64,000 nucleotides of DNA from an uncultured Acidobacteriota bacterium (lineage in GTDB: Bacteria > Acidobacteriota > Thermoanaerobaculia > UBA5066 > Gp7-AA6): assembly GCA_963764715.1 (NCBI GenBank), contig CAVXTP010000017.1:1-64000 (forward strand), given 5' to 3'. The notes beneath the pieces are model-generated. The model was not told the DNA's origin and ran no database searches. It was given only the letters and a program-made list of their open reading frames with translations. Positions within the stretch are counted from its first letter, which is position 1; the number at the start of each line of letters is the position of its first letter. Below, piece after piece: positions 59,102 to 64,000 of the stretch. Both the position numbers and the translations under genes were made by a program.

Positions 59102-60244
59102 ATGAAGCTGCGCCTGCGTCGGGCGACGTGGCTTTCCGCCGCGATTCTCGCCGCCTCGGTCGGCGCGAGGGCGGAAGAGCTCCGCCTGTTCCCGGATACC
59201 GCCGCCGCGCCGCGCGATCCCGCCGCCGAGCCCGAGGCCGTCGAACCGCGGCTCCGCCTCCTCGACGTCGAGCACGCGTACCCGTGGAACGCGGGACGGA
59301 CGGATCCCGGTGTCGAGCTCGCGGCCCTCGCCGACACGTACGCCTTCCGGGACGCGGCCGACGGGGCGGGCGGTTCCCAGGAGCCTCCCCCGCCATCGGT
59401 GAAGACGCCGGCGCCGAAGCTCTTCACGACCTCGACGACCATCCTCACGGCCGCCGCGCTCGTCGGCGGGTTCATGCAGGGTCTCGGGGCCCCGCTCCAG
59501 TACGGATGGAAGAGCTTCCATACGACCGACGAAGGCTGGTTTTCCCGGACCACGTACGTCGGCGGAGCCGACAAGATCTCGCACTTCATCATTTCGAGCG
59601 GAGTCTCGCGGGCGCTCTTCGAGGCGTACATCGCCCAGGGGCACACGGTGGACCAGTCCTTCAATCTCGCCCTGGGAACGGCCTTCATGGCGGGCGCGTT
59701 CGTCGAGATCATGGACGGCGTCTCGGTCTACGGCTTTTCGTTCCAGGACCTCACGGTCGACGCGCTCGGCTCGGCGGCCGGCCTCCTGATCCAGCGCAAC
59801 CACCTCGAGGACATGCTCGGGCTGCGCCTGGGTCTCGCAACGACCGACATCCCGCTCCAGTACGTCGGCTCGAGCGTCGAAACGCTCGGCCACAGCTACA
59901 ACGACGAGATCTACGCGGCCGACTTCAAGCCCGCGGGCCTGGTCCGCCGCCTCGGCGGAAAGCCGGGCTTCGAGCGGTTCTTCCTGACTTCGTTCGTCTA
60001 CTTCACGCGGGGCTTCGGCTACGATGCGCCGCTCCCGACGCGCTACCAGGAGGTCGGCTTCGAGGTCGGGCTGAACTTTCCGGAGATCCTGCGGGCCGTG
60101 GGCGTGGACGAGAAGACGTGGTGGGGCACGGGGCTGCAGGCGATCTTCCAGTTCTTCCGCTTCCCGTTCACCCAGGTCGGGGTCTACTACAACCTCTACG
60201 ACCACAAGTGGTACGGGCCGGGCGCTCCGTACCACTACGACTGA
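59102..60244 (+). CDS. Exported or membrane DUF2279/YfiM-like protein
   Basis: Signal peptide; GGADKISHF, EIMDG..YGFSFQDL. Confidence 0.7.
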   Translation: MKLRLRRATWLSAAILAASVGARAEELRLFPDTAAAPRDPAAEPEAVEPRLRLLDVEHAYPWNAGRTDPGVELAALADTYAFRDAADGAGGSQEPPPPSVKTPAPKLFTTSTTILTAAALVGGFMQGLGAPLQYGWKSFHTTDEGWFSRTTYVGGADKISHFIISSGVSRALFEAYIAQGHTVDQSFNLALGTAFMAGAFVEIMDGVSVYGFSFQDLTVDALGSAAGLLIQRNHLEDMLGLRLGLATTDIPLQYVGSSVETLGHSYNDEIYAADFKPAGLVRRLGGKPGFERFFLTSFVYFTRGFGYDAPLPTRYQEVGFEVGLNFPEILRAVGVDEKTWWGTGLQAIFQFFRFPFTQVGVYYNLYDHKWYGPGAPYHYD

Positions 60245-60274
60245 GCCGCGGCCGGGCGCGGGCGGGCCGAGGCC

Positions 60275-61519
60275 TCAGCGGGCGGACTGGGGGCTCGACT
60301 GCCCCGCGGCCGGCGCGCCCTGCGGCCGGCGCCCGCCGAGCGCCATGACCACGAGGGCCAGGAAGAAGCCGGGCGTTCCCACCGAGACGGGCGCCAGGAA
60401 CCAGTAGGCTTTTCCGAAGAGCCCGAGGACCATCACGAAGTAGATGAAGTCGCGCCGTGCGAGCGCGTCGAGGACCTGCGTCAGCCGCGACCGGCGCGAG
60501 GGCGAGACGGTCGTCAGGAGCGGCCCGCCGCCGGGCCGCGGCCGCATCGCGTACGTGTAGATGAACCCGGCGCACAGAATCGTCCCGGAGACGGCGAGGG
60601 CGCCGAGGTAGAGCGGCCACGGCCGCCCCGCGGCCTCGCTCCACGCCAACGCGAACGCCGAGAAGACGGCGACGTGCACGAGGTTGTCGCCCCAGAAATC
60701 GAGGACGCCGCCCAAACGCGACTCCTGGAACTTCAGCCGCGCGAGCTCGCCGTCGCAGCCGTCCAGGATCGAGTGGAGGAGAAACAGCAGGCCGCCCGCG
60801 GCCTGGCGGGGCAGCGCGGGCGAAAGGAAACACCACGCGCCGGCGAGACCGAAGGCCACGCTCACGACCGTCATGGCGTTGGGAGTGACGCGCGTCGGAG
60901 CGAGCCGCCGGGTCACGGCGAGCGAGATCTTCCGGCTGATGTACCGGGTCAGGATCCCGTCCTCCTTTTTGACGAGGGCGCCGAGGAGCAGGTCCTCCGC
61001 GGCGGCGAGGTCGGCGCGGGTCGCGGCCTCGAACGGCGGGGCGATCTCCGGAGCGTCCGCCGGACCCGGGGAGCTCTCCGGCAGCTCCGCGGCCCACCCG
61101 GACACGACGGCGGGCAGGAGCCTTTCGCGCGCCAGCACGCGGGCGAGGGGCGCGGGGTCGGACGTCTCGACGACGGCCCCCGGACCGAAGCGGCGCAGGC
61201 GCCCCGGCTCGGCCGGCATCTCGCGCACGCGGCGCAGCCACGGCGTGCTCGCGACGGTCCGATCCGGCAGCAGGACGACCCGGCCCGCGGGCAGCACCGA
61301 TCCGGCCGCGTCGACGGGAAACGCGAGCGCGCCCGTTCCCTCGAGGACCGGACTCGCCCCGCCGCCGCCGAGCACGTACACGCGGTCGAAACCCGCGCGA
61401 CGGGCCGCGAGCGCCGTCCGGCGGATCAGCGGCAGTCCCAGGACCGGGGTCTCCGGGGTCGGCGAGCCCGGCGTGAGCGCGCCGGAGGAGGCCAGCAGGA
61501 GAGTCGCGGAGGACGTCAT
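60275..61519 (-). CDS. CDP-alcohol phosphatidyltransferase with a degenerate N-terminal nucleotidyltransferase-like domain
   Basis: TPNAMT, LDGCDGELARLKFQESRLGGVLDFWGD; N-terminal VLGLPLIRRTALAARRAG. Confidence 0.88.
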   Translation of the reverse strand: MTSSATLLLASSGALTPGSPTPETPVLGLPLIRRTALAARRAGFDRVYVLGGGGASPVLEGTGALAFPVDAAGSVLPAGRVVLLPDRTVASTPWLRRVREMPAEPGRLRRFGPGAVVETSDPAPLARVLARERLLPAVVSGWAAELPESSPGPADAPEIAPPFEAATRADLAAAEDLLLGALVKKEDGILTRYISRKISLAVTRRLAPTRVTPNAMTVVSVAFGLAGAWCFLSPALPRQAAGGLLFLLHSILDGCDGELARLKFQESRLGGVLDFWGDNLVHVAVFSAFALAWSEAAGRPWPLYLGALAVSGTILCAGFIYTYAMRPRPGGGPLLTTVSPSRRSRLTQVLDALARRDFIYFVMVLGLFGKAYWFLAPVSVGTPGFFLALVVMALGGRRPQGAPAAGQSSPQSAR

Positions 61520-62409
61520 ACCGCGACGCGGATCCGCCGCCGCAGCCGGGCCGCGAGGTGCGCGGCGATGTTGTCGGCCGCCTCTTCCCGGAAGAGCGCG
61601 AAGCTCGGCCACGCGTTGACGTCGATCACGAAGATTTTGCCCGCGGGCGTGACGATGGCGTCGCCGCCCCAGACCTCGAGGCCGAGCGCATCGGCGGCAC
61701 GGCACGCGATCTCCCGGAGGGCGCGCTCGTCGAAGGCATGGCCCGACACGGGCTTCTCCTTCGGATGAAACCAGCGGAACCAGGAGGCCGCGGCCGTCCC
61801 GCCGCCGCCTTCCGGCCCGCCGCCGACGCCGTAGAACTTGACGAGGTCTCCCTCGACGTGCCGCTGCACGACGGCGCGCGGCAGCCCGAGGCTCCGCAGC
61901 CGCTGAAGGGCCTCCCGGACCGACGCGGGATCGGTGGCGAACACCACGTCGCCCTCGCGCGTCTTGTGCTCGGTCGCCTGCTTGACCCAGCACGCCGCGT
62001 AGAGGCCGTCCTCGGCCGCGCCCCGCGGCACCGGGCCCTCGCCGTCGAGCAGCCGGCTTTCCGGCGTCGGAACGCGCCGCTCGTCGAGGAGCGGGATCAT
62101 CCGTTCGCGATGCGTGTTGGCGATCGAACGCGAGCCGTTGACGACGCAGACGCCCCGGCTTTCCCACCGGCTCACGCGCTCGAGCGCCGCGCGGCCCTCG
62201 CACATCGAGAAGACGAGCGCGGGAAGCGCCTCCTCGTGGCCGGTCAGCGCGTCCGGCGAGCGGTACTCGACGGCGAAGCCGGCGCCCTCCCCGCCGAGCC
62301 GGCGGCCCGTGGCCTCCAGGATCCCGGCGTCGTCGGCTTCGCGGCCGGGCGAGTGCTCGAGCTCTCGGAAAACGCCCCAGACGGCGGCAGGTCCGGTGCG
62401 GGCGGTCAT
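61516..62409 (-). CDS. ATP-grasp fold protein
   Basis: WVK, VVQRHVEGDLVKFY, GLEVWGGDAIV..IDVNAWPSF; ATGA coupling. Confidence 0.8.
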   Translation of the reverse strand: MTARTGPAAVWGVFRELEHSPGREADDAGILEATGRRLGGEGAGFAVEYRSPDALTGHEEALPALVFSMCEGRAALERVSRWESRGVCVVNGSRSIANTHRERMIPLLDERRVPTPESRLLDGEGPVPRGAAEDGLYAACWVKQATEHKTREGDVVFATDPASVREALQRLRSLGLPRAVVQRHVEGDLVKFYGVGGGPEGGGGTAAASWFRWFHPKEKPVSGHAFDERALREIACRAADALGLEVWGGDAIVTPAGKIFVIDVNAWPSFALFREEAADNIAAHLAARLRRRIRVAV

Positions 62410-63095
62410 GGCTCGAGCCGCAGGATCTCCGCCAGGCGCGCGATCACGCGGTCCTCCGGACAGCAGGGCCCGCCGTTTTCGGCCGCGCCTTCGGGGCGCA
62501 GCCACACGTGGCGCATCCCCATCCCGCGCGCGCCGGCCATGTCGCGCCGGAGCGAGTCGCCCACGAACACCGCTTCGTGCGGCCCGGCGCCGAGGGCGTC
62601 GAGCGCCGCCTGGAAGATCCGGGGGTCCGGCTTCTTGACGCCCGCGAGCGTCGAGTCGACCGCGACGGAGACCGAAGGCGAAAGGCCCGCCTCGTCCAGA
62701 ACGGCCTGCAGGTTCCCGTAGAAGTTCGACACGATCCCGATCCGGTAACGCTCCTTGAGACGCCCCAGGATGGAGGCGCTTTCGGCGAGCTGGCGCAGGG
62801 AGTCGCGGGTGAATCGGTCGCCGATCCGACGGAGCAGGTCGCTCTCGCGCCCGAGCCGCGAGGCGAGGCCCGCCGCCACGCGCTCGACCGTCTCGCGCAG
62901 GCCCGCGCTCGCGGGGATCCGGCCCTCGAGCGCGTCCGTCGCCCCGTAGAAGGCCGGGTCGAACTCGGCCTGGGGCAGGTCGAGCCCTTCCTGCCGGGCC
63001 GCGGCGTAGAAGCGGTCCTTCCACGGCACGCCTTCCGCGTCGAGCGTGCCGCCGAAATCGAAGAGCAGGGCGCGGGTCGCGGAGGGCACCGTCAT
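62406..63095 (-). CDS. HAD-family hydrolase
   Basis: LLFDFGGTLD, IVSNFYG, KPDPRIF, FVGDSLRRD. Confidence 0.92.
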   Translation of the reverse strand: MTVPSATRALLFDFGGTLDAEGVPWKDRFYAAARQEGLDLPQAEFDPAFYGATDALEGRIPASAGLRETVERVAAGLASRLGRESDLLRRIGDRFTRDSLRQLAESASILGRLKERYRIGIVSNFYGNLQAVLDEAGLSPSVSVAVDSTLAGVKKPDPRIFQAALDALGAGPHEAVFVGDSLRRDMAGARGMGMRHVWLRPEGAAENGGPCCPEDRVIARLAEILRLEP

Positions 63096-64000
63096 CGCGT
63101 CGGCTCCGACCCGGCGAGCTTCGGGTCCGGAACCACCGGGATCAGCGCCGCTTTCGCCACCGGCCGGTGCGCGAGAAACACGAGCCCGGGCACCACCCAG
63201 AGGAGCTCGCGGGCCCGCCGGACGAGCCCGTAGGCGACGCCGGTCGAGGCCGGAAGCCCCAGCAGGACGAACACGCCGGTGCGGACGCTTTCCGCCGTGC
63301 CGGCGCGGCCGGGCACGAAGAGGAACATGTTGTTGAGCAGCATGGCGAGGGACTCGACCGCAAACGCGGTCGCCCAGCCCCGGCCGGGGGCCATGAGACG
63401 CAGCACGATGTAGGTCTCGAGGAGCCCGCCGCACCAGCCGAGCAGGCACCATCCCGCCGCCGAGAAGAAGTGGTGGGGACGGTCGGCGTAGAAGCGGCGG
63501 ATCAGATCGTCGAGCGCCCTCGCGCCGTCACGATACCGGGCGAACCGGCGCGCCAGCGGCTTGAACCGGGACGCCAGCAGGAGCAGGGGCTCGAAGGTCC
63601 CCTTCTGGAGCGCCCAGGTCATGAGGACGAGGAGCGCGGTCAGGACGACGAGGCTCGCCAGGGCCGTCCAGCGCACGGCCGGCGAAAGGTCGAAATAGAC
63701 GACGGCCACGCCCAGACCGACCGCGACGAAGAACGACTGGGAGAGCATGTGGGCGTGCTTGAAGATCGTCACCGAAGCGATCGCGCTGGACGTCTTCATC
63801 CGGTCGCTCAGCATGTTCGCGCGCACGGGCTCTCCCGCGACGCTTCCGGGCGCGAGGTAATTCAAGGTATTGCCCGCCAGATAGATACGCAGCAGGTCCG
63901 GCACGCTCGAGAGCGGGGGCCGAGGCTCCATCACTCCGCGCCAGCCCAGCACGAACGCGATCTCCGCCAGGAGGTACAGGGCCACGAGCCCCAGAAACCT
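63092..64000 (-). CDS. Lysylphosphatidylglycerol synthase TM / flippase-like (UPF0104) protein, 5' truncated by the window edge
   Basis: NYLAPGSVAGEPVR, VPGRAGTAE, LVRRARE; many hydrophobic segments. Confidence 0.82.
   Translation of the reverse strand, partial: RFLGLVALYLLAEIAFVLGWRGVMEPRPPLSSVPDLLRIYLAGNTLNYLAPGSVAGEPVRANMLSDRMKTSSAIASVTIFKHAHMLSQSFFVAVGLGVAVVYFDLSPAVRWTALASLVVLTALLVLMTWALQKGTFEPLLLLASRFKPLARRFARYRDGARALDDLIRRFYADRPHHFFSAAGWCLLGWCGGLLETYIVLRLMAPGRGWATAFAVESLAMLLNNMFLFVPGRAGTAESVRTGVFVLLGLPASTGVAYGLVRRARELLWVVPGLVFLAHRPVAKAALIPVVPDPKLAGSEPTR

Noticed and set aside
56398-59712. 1104-aa minus-strand ORF
   Set aside because: Antisense to hpnA, hpnG, the synthase and the DUF2279-like gene, which carry clear motifs.

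Overview
High-GC bacterial DNA whose gene content suggests Acidobacteriota (Thermoanaerobaculia-like); this is inference from an ADOP-type permease, an ELWxxDGT protein, membrane Ser/Thr kinases and a hopanoid cluster. Bases 1-10.6 kb are an integron with 11 near-identical attC sites (about 76 bp; one is internally deleted to 40 bp), at least 12 cassettes and a recognisable attI. The multiply frameshifted intI is co-oriented with the cassettes, and attI lies behind its 3' end. Upstream on the same strand lie toxin-antitoxin genes and imuA-imuB with no dnaE2. A RAYT/TnpA(REP) HUH nuclease at 16.5 kb is flanked by GTAG-type REPs that recur through the window, including in frame inside imuA, imuB and hpnG. 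A second family of 69-bp elements with 21-bp terminal inverted repeats (GGGGTCAGGTCTTCATTTTTC) occurs at seven loci. One copy is in frame in a permease gene, and the tandem duplications of this family break at a shared position in the TIR. The rest is chromosomal: ABC/MacAB-type transporters, tandem kinase and DUF1579-like paralogues, peptidases, nifJ plus a DHOD-like gene, PP2C phosphatases, shc-hpnH-hpnA-hpnG-squalene synthase, and a CDP-alcohol transferase/ATP-grasp/HAD/flippase lipid operon cut by the window end. All calls come from reading the sequence by eye; no searches were run.
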